NCBI GenBank assembly: GCA_000091205.1
Contig: AP006499.2
DNA length: 64,000 bases
Strand: one strand, 5' to 3'
From: Cyanidioschyzon merolae
Taxonomy: Eukaryota
Part shown: positions 44,843 to 56,530 of the stretch, piece after piece
Numbering within the stretch: position 1 is the first letter of the stretch
Layout of the letters: the number at the start of each line of letters is the position of its first letter
Notes under the pieces: model-generated
Seen by the model: the letters and a program-made list of their open reading frames with translations, nothing else
The model's database searches: none
Told to the model about the DNA's origin: nothing
Program-made: the position numbers and the translations under genes

Positions 44843-45403
44843 ATGAAGCATTTTTCGTGTGTTTGGAGTTTCATGTTTATGGTTGCCTGCTGGGCGAGCA
44901 TATGCTTTGCCGGCGGTGCAGCCGAGCCGTCGCTGCGATCGGCGCGAGTAACGAACGCGTTTACGCTGCCTGTCGAGGTGCGCGTGACCTACGGGCGCTA
45001 CAGTGCCAGCGCACAGAACGCCAGTCGACAACTGACAAGTGCAACTGTCGTTTTTCCAGGTGACTCTGCTGTTTTTGGAGAGGTTTTCGTACAACTCAGA
45101 GAACCCGCTGTTGTCGGCGCACTGACCGGTACGGGCTCGTCTTCGTGCGTGCAGGTCACGCTACCGATCGATTCCGTGCTAGCGTGTGCGTTTCCGAGCA
45201 ACGACACCAACATACCATACACTTATCCCGATAGTTGTGCATCGGCCAGTGCGCCGTACGGGGCTGAGAACCAGAAGAGAGGCAACTTTTTGGTATTGCC
45301 TGCAACCGCGGGCGGCTCGTCAGGGTCAGCACCTGTTTCGGTGGCGTACGCTGGTGGCGAGCCCGCCGCCAGTGCGCTGATTTCCGAAACCTGTAGCGTA
45401 TAG
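44843..45403 (+). CDS. small secreted protein candidate (signal peptide)
   Basis: N-terminus 'MKHFSCVWSFMFMVACWASICFAGG' is a typical signal peptide, followed by a Cys-containing S/T/A-rich mature region. Poly-T tracts lie upstream (44205-44300). Confidence 0.4.
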   Translation: MKHFSCVWSFMFMVACWASICFAGGAAEPSLRSARVTNAFTLPVEVRVTYGRYSASAQNASRQLTSATVVFPGDSAVFGEVFVQLREPAVVGALTGTGSSSCVQVTLPIDSVLACAFPSNDTNIPYTYPDSCASASAPYGAENQKRGNFLVLPATAGGSSGSAPVSVAYAGGEPAASALISETCSV

Positions 45404-46101
45404 AGAGGTTGTATAGGATTCTAGCATAGGATATAAGTAGCGGAAATAGGTTTGAATGCCGTGAAAGTTGATCGGCTTTCTAGAGAGAACTGGCGATCGC
45501 CTTGATGTTGCACGCAACGATGCCTGACCCAGAGCGCGCTCGCAGGCGCACCAAATCGTCGATTCCTCGGCACGAATACAAACGGGATGCTCAATGTTTC
45601 CGTAAAGATACGGAATACCGACGTTATGCGCACCGTCGCGGATCCACTGTGGACACAAGCGCGATGCATTTCTCGTGCGTTCGTTATCCTTATACGCATG
45701 CACCAGTAGTATCGGCAGTGTCTTGGTGCTGCTCCCGCGGTGTCCAGGCGTGCGCATCGCCTAAACACTGAGTCCATTGTGGCGGCACCTGACGTACAAG
45801 AGAGAGAGTTGTCGCCCACTCCGGATACCGGTAGTATACGTGCACGCAGTAATTTCTAATGCGAGTCGTCGACCTCACATCGTCTATGACTCCATAGGTT
45901 CACGAGATTGACTGACGATCTGTTGTAAAAGGGAACCCCGAATCTGGGATTTTACAAGCACCCGTACAGCAACGCCGGCCTTGGCCACGATCGGTGCCGG
46001 TCGTATATGCGCTCGCTGCAACATCGAATTCGAGTCATCGCTTCCGTACCGTCCATGAGCTCGAGACGCCACCAGTGCCGGCGATATCCCCATACGTGCG
46101 C

Positions 46102-47550
46102 TCACAAGGCGATATGTGCCTGGGGCTTTCCAGCCGGCGGCTCAGCGGCGGACGTCCGCGAATCCGGGATGCTTCCCGTATTCCAGTCACGAAGGAGCGT
46201 TCTCCGTATAATTCCTGCTAAATGGAGCGATCCGATACAAACCACACTGTGCGGTTTTTCTGGACCAGCTGCCGTCGCAGCAAGCTCAACCGCACGGCGA
46301 AGCGCTTCTTCTGGAAGTGCCACTTTGAACACCGGCGTCTGAGACACCGCTGCAGCGTGATTGGCAACAACGCGATGCGCCCGCTCGTGCAGCTCATCAG
46401 CCGGCATGTACGATGGGTCATCACCGACCCGAGTGCAGATGATCGCACGCGGTGCGAAGCGCATCAAGGCCTCGGTAAACTCCTCAACTCGCTTGTCGCG
46501 GCCCATGGCTAAGACGATCCACGCTCCGCAAGGGAGGCGTTGTACGGTTTCAGGAATATGGGCCCCATCGACGAGCACGTTCACCGATAGCGTTCCGCGA
46601 TGGAGCGCAAACCACTCCATGCGTCCGGGAAGCATCTGCTTCATCTGCGGTTGAAGCAGCGACCAATCCGGTGGCTCGCACTGAAGCCAACCATACCGTG
46701 CTGCGAGCTCTTTTATTGCGCGCTCCGCCATCAACTGGTTGCGCTCTTCCCAGGAAGCCGCGTCTACGAAGACAACGGAGCGAGGAGCCGGCGGTGACAA
46801 CTGCTCCACCGTCTCCCGAATGACTTGCCGCAGCTCCGGTTGATGGACGCCCGAGATCAGTATACAACTCGGCCGCCATGCAATACCTGCCTTTTCACGA
46901 GCTATATCGGCTAGACCTGGCCCGATGATCTCCGCATGCTCCAGGGCAACGCTCGTGAGCAGACAGACCTCAGCTCCGAGAACGTTCGTGGAGTCCTTGG
47001 CGCCGCCCATGCCGCACTCGATGACAGCGTACTCGACACCAGCCGTTTTCATTGCTAGGAATCCGGCCGCCGTCATAACGTCAAACCAGGTAGGACGCTC
47101 GACCACCGGTACGCCGTCTTGCAGGAATGGATCAGCCGCAGCAAGGGCGCTCTCGAGGGCGTCTGCGAGCGCTTCGTCTTCGATGCACGCACCCTGCAGC
47201 CTGACTCGCTCTTGGATGCGCTCTACATGTGGTGAGGTATATGTTCCGACTCGGAATCCTTTTTGTTTGACCAGATACGCCGTGAGCATAGCCGCTAGGG
47301 TCCCTTTGCCCTTTGTCCCGGCAATATGAACGGCGCGATAGCAGTGCTGCGGACTTCCAAGCGCGTCCAGCAAACGCTTCGCAGGCTTCACGTCTACACG
47401 CATCTCCCGCTGCCGTTGACCCGTGTTCGCTCTTTGCAACCGTTCCCAGTTCACAAGTTCATCTAAGCGAGTCAGCAACTGTCGCAGACGCTGTGAGACG
47501 GTACCGTCAACGCCACGAGTAAAGACACCGCTGGCAGTGCGCCAAGCCAT
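46102..47550 (-). CDS. folylpolyglutamate synthase / dihydrofolate synthase (FPGS family)
   Basis: 'HIAGTKGKGTLAAMLTAYLVKQKGFRVGTYTSPHVERIQER' matches the Mur-ligase P-loop region of FPGS ('HVAGTNGKGS...GLYTSPHL'). Confidence 0.85.
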   Translation of the reverse strand: MAWRTASGVFTRGVDGTVSQRLRQLLTRLDELVNWERLQRANTGQRQREMRVDVKPAKRLLDALGSPQHCYRAVHIAGTKGKGTLAAMLTAYLVKQKGFRVGTYTSPHVERIQERVRLQGACIEDEALADALESALAAADPFLQDGVPVVERPTWFDVMTAAGFLAMKTAGVEYAVIECGMGGAKDSTNVLGAEVCLLTSVALEHAEIIGPGLADIAREKAGIAWRPSCILISGVHQPELRQVIRETVEQLSPPAPRSVVFVDAASWEERNQLMAERAIKELAARYGWLQCEPPDWSLLQPQMKQMLPGRMEWFALHRGTLSVNVLVDGAHIPETVQRLPCGAWIVLAMGRDKRVEEFTEALMRFAPRAIICTRVGDDPSYMPADELHERAHRVVANHAAAVSQTPVFKVALPEEALRRAVELAATAAGPEKPHSVVCIGSLHLAGIIRRTLLRDWNTGSIPDSRTSAAEPPAGKPQAHIAL

Positions 47551-47699
47551 GGCTTTGTTGAGGCAAGTTAGCAGGTCGATTAACGCTGAGATTTTACTGG
47601 AGGTGAGCAGACACTATTGTCGCGTGGCGAAGGCACTACATAACGGTACGCACTAGCAACAGCAACAGCAGAAACTGCAAGGTGAAGACTGTTCCAAGG

Positions 47700-49259
47700 T
47701 CAGCGCGAACTTTTCGGGTGATAAGGGCGGCGCGAGGACGGCGGCGGTGGCGGCGGTAGTACCGGTACCCTCGCCGCTTGCGTCAGGTCCTGCATCCGAT
47801 CCTCATCTGTCGAGTTGTCTTCGGATGCCGCAGAGGAAATACTATACTCCATGTCAGAGGCGGATGACGCGCGAACTTGGGCCGACGACTCCACCAGAAT
47901 ACCGTCACGATCGACCGGAACATTACAGGCCTCGGTGTCCGACTTCCGCTTGTCCGTCCATGGCAACGGGCTCGTGAACCGGCTCAGCTCGGGATCAGTG
48001 CGGGCGAGATCCATCAGAGAAGACGAGCCCTGCTCGGTAATGGTGGCGGGAGCGATGTCAGGCGACACGCGTGGCGTCAGCACAGCGCTTCGATGACGTG
48101 GGCTTGCGACCTCGGGACTGAGAGGCTGTTGGGTATGTTTCCCGGAAGACAAGTGCTCCGCGGCGAACTCACCGTCGACTTCGGTACGCTCCTGGCCTTC
48201 GCAAAGTCCTGGATGCCCGCGCTCTCCATATGGCGGCTGCTTTGGGCGTCCCGGGATGCCAAGCTGCCCCTGCGCTGCAGTTGGACCCGATGCCAGATCG
48301 GCATCTACACTGGAGCGCGCGCTCTTGACCCCTGTACCATAAGGGGTCTCATCGGAAACAGACCAGCTGGGCGGCTCTATTGGACGTTGTTGCTGTGCAT
48401 TGAGTCGGAGTCTTGTGGAGAGCATTTGCCAGGCGACACGGGCGTCATCGCATGCTCGCAGCACCCAGTGGTGCAGCTTGGATAGCGTCGTCACTGCCGT
48501 GTACATTCCGCCCGCAAGTTGGCGGAGCGCAAGCAATCGCTCATTTTTCACATCGTAGACAACACGGAGACGAGCATGGCAAGCGTTTTCCTCCGCCTGC
48601 GTGGGGTCCAGCACGCAGCATGTCTCTTGAGAGCCTCGATGCTCATCGAAAAACAGAGCATACTCCAGGATCACAGGGTATACTTGCAGCTGCAGCGGGA
48701 CTGGCGGCCGCTCCCTCGGACTGAATAGTCGAACCCGTTCATCGCCATACCCGTGCCGCTCGATGGTAAAGTCTGGACGGCGAAAACGTTGTAGCGAACC
48801 GAGCGCAGCCAGTGACGCGTAAAAGAGCCCGCTACCATCCAGACTTTCGACACAGACTTGCACGGTAACCTGGAACGCGTATTTGCCGGCAACTATGCAG
48901 AGCGACTCGGGGTCAATACATCGAGACTCACGAAGGATGCGCTCTAGAAACACAGCCTCCTCTGAGAAGCTAACAGCGTCGCTTTGTTCGAGCAGCGTTC
49001 GCTCTGAGGCACCCGGCGAGATTCCGTAGACGACGCGGATCCATCCTTCGGTGGGTCGGTGCGGCGGCGGTGCAACCACTCGACAGGTTGTGGTTGCAAA
49101 CGTGATCGCACTCGAGCCGGCGAACACGAGGACGCCGCTCTCGCCTACAAGCTGGAAACGAAGGCGCCGGGCCTCTTCGGGTCGGCGACCATCAACGCGG
49201 AGCGGCAGACTCTGTAGAACGAACAGGAGCTCGTTGCTCGAATAGGGCTCATCTCGCAT
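47700..49259 (-). CDS. exosome complex RNase-PH-like subunit (Rrp45/Rrp42-like) with long C-terminal tail
   Basis: N-terminal 'LPLRVDGRRPEEARRLRFQLV..' RNase PH signature (RxDGR). The domain is ~270 aa, followed by a ~250 aa S/P-rich tail. Confidence 0.55.
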   Translation of the reverse strand: MRDEPYSSNELLFVLQSLPLRVDGRRPEEARRLRFQLVGESGVLVFAGSSAITFATTTCRVVAPPPHRPTEGWIRVVYGISPGASERTLLEQSDAVSFSEEAVFLERILRESRCIDPESLCIVAGKYAFQVTVQVCVESLDGSGLFYASLAALGSLQRFRRPDFTIERHGYGDERVRLFSPRERPPVPLQLQVYPVILEYALFFDEHRGSQETCCVLDPTQAEENACHARLRVVYDVKNERLLALRQLAGGMYTAVTTLSKLHHWVLRACDDARVAWQMLSTRLRLNAQQQRPIEPPSWSVSDETPYGTGVKSARSSVDADLASGPTAAQGQLGIPGRPKQPPYGERGHPGLCEGQERTEVDGEFAAEHLSSGKHTQQPLSPEVASPRHRSAVLTPRVSPDIAPATITEQGSSSLMDLARTDPELSRFTSPLPWTDKRKSDTEACNVPVDRDGILVESSAQVRASSASDMEYSISSAASEDNSTDEDRMQDLTQAARVPVLPPPPPPSSRRPYHPKSSR

Positions 49260-51489
49260 AGAGTACGCTTTCTTCCGAAAGTGTTGGAAACGGGGTCAGC
49301 ACCCCGTCAGACCAGGTGTCCGTCGACTCGTCGGAATCTTGAATGCTGCTGCGCTGCGCTGCTCGACGACGGGGTAGACGCCCAAGCTCTGCAAGGCATT
49401 TGTAAAAGGCGTGCTCAAACGTACTGAGACAGTCGTTTCATCCCAGTTTCCCCTGTGTGACTGTATCAGAATCTAATTCTCGTTATATACGAGACCTAGG
49501 ATACCACATCCTCCATTTTGCATCAAGACACATCGGTCTCGAAGGATGGTGTGGTGTTTTTTGTCACTGAGCTGTGATGTTTGTGTTCCGTCTTACGACA
49601 AAACGGGGCAAGTCGCTGATTCGCTCTGATGCTGATCCTCAACTGCTCCGGATTGATGTGGCACTTGTTGTCATCGCGCTTCCCTTTGATGCCTGGGCTG
49701 GGAGCGTCTTCGACGAATCTAGCACTCTCGTAGCGCAACACATAGTGGATCCGAGATAAACACACGACCTGCTTTCTTTTTCTTTCGTTTCTTTATTGGT
49801 AATGACCCTCGTCGTCATCATTTCGTTCAAATTCGTGAGGCGACTTGCGCAACAAGAATACTCTGTCGACGCCCGGCATTCATAGCTATCCACCACATGC
49901 ACATTCCGCAATTCCCCGCACTACTGTTTGGTGGTTTCTTCCTGCACCGAACGTTGGACAAGAGCTCGGATGCTTGGCTCGCGCATCCCGGTCTCCGAAC
50001 CAGATGGCTGTATCTTGGCCACCTGGCACCAGCATGGGTTGCAGATCCCATGGATTGCATCCTGTTCGAATATGGGGCGGACGGCACCTCAGTCGCTCGT
50101 ACCCGGAACGAGCTCTGCGCTTTAGTCATTCAGGAAGAACGCTTAAATGCGCTCGCAGATACGTTTTGTAAGCCAAGTCCGTCGTCTCGCATCTGGTGAG
50201 ACGAGCAGTCACATGCTCTGTCTGTTGAATCTTGTTTTTTGCGTGTTCCTCGTGCTGTAAACGAGCCTCGCCTCGAGGCCGTATCTTCTGCTTCGGTCAA
50301 CGGCACGTATCTGACCCTGGGCTCGAGTACGCGACGGCGACCAGGTCCAGAATACCTGGCTCTTGGCCCACGAGTCTTTCGTAATTTTTCAGAGGCGGGA
50401 GGCTTTCTTCGTCTGCCATTTGCCCCGAGATATTCGGCGATGCGCTCAGTTGAAAGCTAGAACCGAACCCATCCGAGAGAAAATGGAAACTGAATGCACC
50501 GTTTCTGGTTTCGGCTGCTTAGATATTAAGGTTTTCGCGTTAAACCTTCCTCTTCATTTCCTCACTCGCTTTCCTTTCATTCTCAGCATGCCGTGGCGTC
50601 GTAGAATGCCCACGACACTCAAGTAAGTTAAAGGAACGTAACCAGTGATGAAGCCACGCTTTGTAGACAAGAGAGTGTACGTCGTGGGGCGTAGTGTACC
50701 TCTTCTGTCTTGTGCATCCTATTTTCGCCGGGAATTTGAAGCATTTACACACTTTTCTACCAATTCGTTTCACAGCGAAAGAGGCCAACGCTTCTTGGAA
50801 GAATGTCTCAGAGACATGCCTTGGGGAATGCATCTCTTCACGTCTTCCACGATCTCTGCCGCCAAGTTCAGCTTCGAATTACTTGTTCGGTCACTCGGAC
50901 GGAAGCGAACCTCGAGACTTTCGAACGATCCCGCGGGTACGACACAGGAAATCTCTTTTTCTCTCTCCCGAGGCTCTCTTTATTCATTTTCCATACTCCA
51001 GCTTGATCGAATCCTATCTAGGAACGACCACCCGTTTGTGGCCGCTCCGCTCGCCCGAGCTTCGGCCTTCTTGCATCCGCGTCCTCTCAGTGTCTGTTCG
51101 AAGCGAGATAAACGATCATGTGAACAGCGTCCGTCATCGCAAGCGAGAATCCCCAGAATGTGCAAGATCGCAAGGGCGTAGGGTTCCCTTCCCAGTCAGT
51201 TGCCTAAGGTAACTTTAAAACGGGAACGAGACACTTTATATTTCTTGGCGATGATGGTCTTGCAGGGAAGCAACCAGCTACATCTCGGTGAAGCGAACTT
51301 CCCCTTGGGTCACTCGCTCTCGTTCGTCATCCTCTCTCTCCCCAGCTCGAGTCAGACGGTACATTTTTTCTGTGCACCACAGGATGTGTTACACTGGTCC
51401 CAACAGCATAATGTCTTTCTTCACGTGGAAACATACCTTGAATCTCTAATTTATTCGAGAAAACCGAAGACTCGATACGTCATTTTGTT

Positions 51490-52790
51490 GCTCCAGAGGA
51501 GCTGAACCAGCTTTGCACAAGCGCTGGTGTATGGACGCTGCACTCGGTAACGACGAAATGGAACACACCTGGTCGCAGTGTTGCGATTTCTTTTCCGGGT
51601 TTTTTCAATTGTCCCGCCTTCTTATTCGAAACCCAGAAATAGGAACTTTCGGATTGACACGAACAATACGTATACATGGTTGTCGACTCGGAGAGGCCCC
51701 TTCGATTCGTAGCCATTGGAATTCCGTAGCTCCCGGGAATCACGATGATTCGCGACGCTCTCGAACAAGAATTCGTAAAATAACCTATACCATGATGCAA
51801 TGCATCCGTGCATGCCTCGAGTCATCTTGTATTTGCTAACATGCAGCATGTTCGAATAACGCATGCTTCATGTTTCGATCTTTGTGTCTCGAGGCAACTC
51901 GTCGGCGCTAGAATACGTGCCGCTGGATTGACGACACAAAAAAAAACGCGACATCGTTCATTGACGACTTGTTCGCAAGCTCGTGCTGAAAGTTTGCTGA
52001 GCAATCAAAGTCTAATAATCGATTCCATTCGATTGAAAAATCCTTCTCGGTTTACAATCATCGATGAAACGACATTCCACGTCATCTTGATATCTTGTAT
52101 GATGTATGGTTCCAGATGCTTCCGTCTTCGCATTTTGTACGGAAAACCGTCTTCGACTCGGACTTGAGTTGCCATGGCGATCGCTTCCGCTGGCGAGGTC
52201 GTCATTGCTCTGTATGATGCTTGTGGAACGGATCGAAAGATCTCTGTTTGATCGCCAACCTGGATTTTTCTTCCAGTACTTGTTTCATTGTGGACCAGAT
52301 CTCGTTCCACTAGCCCTCTATCGAATAGAACAGTGTACGCGTCACGGGTATCGCCCAGACGAAGCCCCTGGTTATAGAGTACGGCATCGAACGCGGAAGA
52401 GGAGGGCAGCATCAAGCCGATCCTCGTGCATTCGTCAAAGGAATGTACCAAGCGATAAAACAAGCGTTTACGCGCCACACGGCGACGCCGTGAGCAGGAG
52501 AAAGTGTACTAGACTCCTAGGAACATCTCACCACAGCCAGGTGTCACCAATACGAGGCGCGCACGGAGGCTCGACATCACTTTGTTGAAAATGACAAGCA
52601 GAGCGTAGATCACAACTTCCATATGTGCAAGAGGTAGGTTGACAACAACCGCAAACAGCGAAATCTGGACTTGGACGCTACGATCAATATCTTTCGAACG
52701 TTGCCAACGGAGCTGTAGTGAACGATGAGACCAGCGTTTTGAAAGCTCGAGATATGAGAGAGCATTATGGGGAAAAGTCGATGAAAAAGC
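51490..52790 (+). repeat. dispersed ~1.3 kb repeat family, copy C
   Basis: Collinear with copies A and B. Contains minus-strand ORF 52005..52478 encoding 'FDRGLVERDLVHNETSTGRKIQ', conserved in copy B as 'FDREFLERDLVHDEASTVRINF'. Confidence 0.8.
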
Positions 52791-52912
52791 GAGTATTGGT
52801 TGCTGCTGATGACAGCGGAAATAGATCCAAAGTTGAGCATGTACTCCCGAGTTAGCAGAATGCACCTGTTCCATTTTTATATTAACATTGGCGTAGAATG
52901 GATCAGGTTCAT

Positions 52913-53707
52913 TCAAATTGCTCGATTGGGATCCTGACTGCGCGCAGAAGCTGCACTTTGTTCGCTGGTGAACGCCCTGCCAGAGGCTGGTTTCCGAGGC
53001 ACACCCCGCGTGGCCTCCGTCAGCCAGCCACCACCCGAGTCCTGGCCGTGACCGCTCGAAACCGCACTCGAGTTCATCGTTCGCCGTGAAGATGCGTCAG
53101 TGGTCGGCTCGATGTACTGCGCTGCGGGAGCCGAAACTCCACCCTTCTCCAGTCCGTCTGCCTGGTCGGTGTCCTCAGTGCCGGACGCTTGGCGTTTGCC
53201 CCAGAACCAGCCGCGCCCCGTTTTCGTGGACCCGGACGATGCTGATGCGGCCGCTGTGGTGTGCGTTGGGCCCGCATCCGCCGCAAACTCATGATTCTTG
53301 CCAAAGAAGACGTTGAGGAAACTGAAAGAGACGATGACGGCCCCAGATACAATTAGGAGCACTTTGCTCACGGTATCGCTGTCGCTAACACCAGCCGTGA
53401 TAGCCAGCGAACCGGTGAACATCTCGAACAAGCCACGTCCCCAGCGCCCTTTCAAGAACCCGAACGGGCGGAAAAAGAAACGAGGCCGACCGATTTCACC
53501 AAATATAATCAGCAAACCGAAAAACGCGACATACAGCATCACAATGAAGCCCAGCGGGTTGCGCAGCGCCTGTGCTGCTGTCGTGAAAAGCGTCACGAGC
53601 CCGAAAACTCCGGTGAAAACGAGAAAACCCCCCGAAACCACTGTGCACCACCGGAGCACTGTGCTTACCTTCCGCAGATCAGCCTCAAAGCAAATGCAGT
53701 TCTTCAT
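52913..53707 (-). CDS. hypothetical multi-pass membrane protein
   Basis: Likely start MKNCICFEADLRK at 53707; the longer ORF to 53791 runs into the transposon tail. Four hydrophobic segments are followed by an S/T/G-rich C-terminus. Confidence 0.45.
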   Translation of the reverse strand: MKNCICFEADLRKVSTVLRWCTVVSGGFLVFTGVFGLVTLFTTAAQALRNPLGFIVMLYVAFFGLLIIFGEIGRPRFFFRPFGFLKGRWGRGLFEMFTGSLAITAGVSDSDTVSKVLLIVSGAVIVSFSFLNVFFGKNHEFAADAGPTHTTAAASASSGSTKTGRGWFWGKRQASGTEDTDQADGLEKGGVSAPAAQYIEPTTDASSRRTMNSSAVSSGHGQDSGGGWLTEATRGVPRKPASGRAFTSEQSAASARSQDPNRAI

Positions 53708-56530
53708 CGAAACGAGCCCAAAACGTGCGATGAACGACGCCGACCGTGTACAGCAGTGGCGAACCGTACGCCCTGGACAGACCGTGTCCAACTGACGTGT
53801 AGACGCCTCCCCGTCTTTTCGGACCGGGCATCCACCACTGCTTCCAACTTCTTCTCATATAATTCCACTTTTAGAGGTTGTCCAATAAAGTTCTCTCTTG
53901 TCCAATCTGGAGGTCTTTCCTCCAGCACCGCACATTTCCTTATATGGATAGCGGCATTGAAGTCTCGGTTCACATACTCCATCCGTTTTTTGTTGCCATT
54001 GATTGTACGAACAAGCGCAAGGAGTCCACGAACGTTCGCCCTTCTTTCCATTTGCTCCCCCGTCATCGGTCCGTGCTTTGCTATTTCCTCAGGGCTCCGT
54101 TGGCACTTTTCTATCTCCACTCTCTGAAGTGTACACCCCAGTTCCTGGTGTGTATACGATGTTCGAAACTCATCTACAGGTATCGTAACAAAACGCCTTG
54201 CGCACGCCTTGTACACCCTCGTCGTTGGAGCTGGCGTAGTTCCTTTTTGGGTCATCCATCGTCCTGCCCCGTACGCTACAACCAGCCTTTGACTTTCATC
54301 CTCCTTCAGGACGCTCAACTCATTGAAAAATTCGCGAACGCCCGCTGGTTCCCACAATACAAATTCATTCGGAAACGAGCCCACCGGGGCTTGGTATACT
54401 CCTCCCACAGCGCATCCCAATGGGCAACACGAACTTCCATGAATTTCCGAAAAGCTTCAAAGTCCGCTCCACGGCTCGTCATCTCGCTCAGAGCTTCCAG
54501 GTGATCCTTCATTCCATGTCTCGACTTTCTTCCTCGCATTCATTATACCGGATTCTCGATGGTATCTTGCTCTCGAGAACCTCAAAAGACGCATGTCTTT
54601 CTGACGAAAGTTGCCCTCAGTACCATCTTCCGCACGCTTCGGTGCTGTGATGGTGATGATATTTGTGTTTCCGGGGTCCGCGCCAACAACAAAGTCGTTA
54701 TCCTGCACTTTCTGTGTCACAGGACCTGCCTTCTTGGTTTCTTCATGCTTCTCCGCGTAAACGACATGCACGTTATCCTCCACCTCCTGCGTCGCAGGAT
54801 CCACCTCCTTCTTTTCTTCATCCTTCGCCGCGTAAACGACAAGGTCGTTATCCTCCACCTCCTGCATCGCAGGACCAGCCTCCTCCCTTTCTTCATGCTT
54901 CGTCGTGTCAACGACAAGGTCGTTATCTTGCACCCTCTGCGTCGCAGGATCCGCCTCCTTCTCATCTCCATCCTTCGCCACGTCAACGACATGCACGTTA
55001 TCCTCCACCTCCTGCGTCGCAGGACCAGCCTCCTCCTTTTCTTCATCCTTCGTCACGGGCGCAGCTGAGGGAGGGACTGGCCGATCTGCCTTCAACCGCC
55101 GATAGTGTACACACAAGGCTACTCCATCGGTTTCGATCATTCCAGTGAATATCTTTTGTTTGCCGACTTTGAGCCGTTTGAAATCGAAGATATTCTTCCA
55201 GTACGTCTCCCGGTTTTCGCCGGTGAACTCTGTCCTCCTTACATCGAACTCCGGACTGATCTCCTTCATGATGCCGTAAAGGATTCTGGAATCGATGCTC
55301 ACAAAATGTGACTTGATGTTGCACATTGGAACCACGTTGAAGCGCTTCCCCATTAGGACAGCCTCCCGTCTCTCACACGCTTCATTTTTTTCCTCACTCA
55401 GCTTCGTTTCTGCCTTGCGTTCGAGCTCTCAGTCCAGAAACACGAAATATCGCAGGACGAGGCGATAGTATCTTTTCTTATCTTTTTTCATCTCTGATAT
55501 CTTGTCTGTTGGATTCACGAGCCCCAAGACTGCACGGTGCTCTTGTATAGCCGCACGGATTCCAGAAGCTTCATTCGTGAACTAGTTTGACGCTTTCTTG
55601 TCAACGATTTCGACCTCATCTTCACGCTTGCCATCTTTCGTGATGCCATTGATCATCGCCCATGTTCCTTTGCGAGATAGGCCCGGGTAGAGTGCAAACA
55701 CGGCGCGTATCATGAAACGTTCGAGGTTCACTGTCAAATGGTTCTTCAGGTTCGTGATGTACTTCATCGCCCCGTATATGTAAAAATTCGAGTCGCCCTT
55801 GTATCGAGTACCCTCGAAGCGGATTTTGGCGAAGTTTTCGTGGAGGTGCACTAGCACATTTTCCCTCCGCGTTTTCTCTCCACCAAGCATCAGGTGTCGA
55901 ATAAACGTCTTGTCGAAAAACTCGTCCGGAATCTCGACCGTTTCCATATCCGTCACGTCGCGATACATCTCCCTTGCCAAATGCATCAGTCCTGACGACG
56001 CCTTGACAACAATCTTGGAGTACGAGTCGACACGTTTTTTGATAGCGTCTCGCAACTTTTCCCTGTAGGGATCCTTGATATGTCCAAGACGAAAGGTTTT
56101 CACCACCTTCTCGTCGTACAGTCGTCTCTCGTGACGCCTTCGACGTAGGGCCTCCCCCTTTCGGTTCTTCTTCTCTCCCTGTTCTTCTGGACTCGGCACT
56201 GTTTTTTGTTTTTTTCTAGCAGCCGGCGACCATGGCCCTCCAGGATCGTGGACTTGCTTTTTCATAACTTTCCTTTTATTAGTTTTTTTTTGAAAAAGAA
56301 CCCTCTTTGAACCCTTGTGTTATATACTGCGAAAAAACACTTGACTAGACTTGTTTGAGGTTTGAAGCAAAAACGAACTGAAAGACTGTACTTTGCCACG
56401 TCTTTAACGCAAGTACAGCTTGCACATTAGAGCAGCACGCTATTGATCAGGATCGCGTTTCCCTTCAACGGCGACAAGTGCGTCGCATCAGTTGACTGCC
56501 CGATCTCCCAGATGCGCTCAGTGAGCGCGC
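53700..56530 (-). mobile_element. TnpB/Fanzor-like transposon, copy 3; pseudogenised
   Basis: Collinear with copy 1. Pieces are 56265<-55582 (227 aa basic N-terminus 'RKKQKT..KKNRKGEALRRRRHERR'), 55353<-54457 (298 aa with ~6 acidic repeat units and [17 protein letters not shown]), 54539<-54315 and 54420<-53704 (VDEFRTSYTHQELGC..NRDFNAAIHIRKC). Confidence 0.72.
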
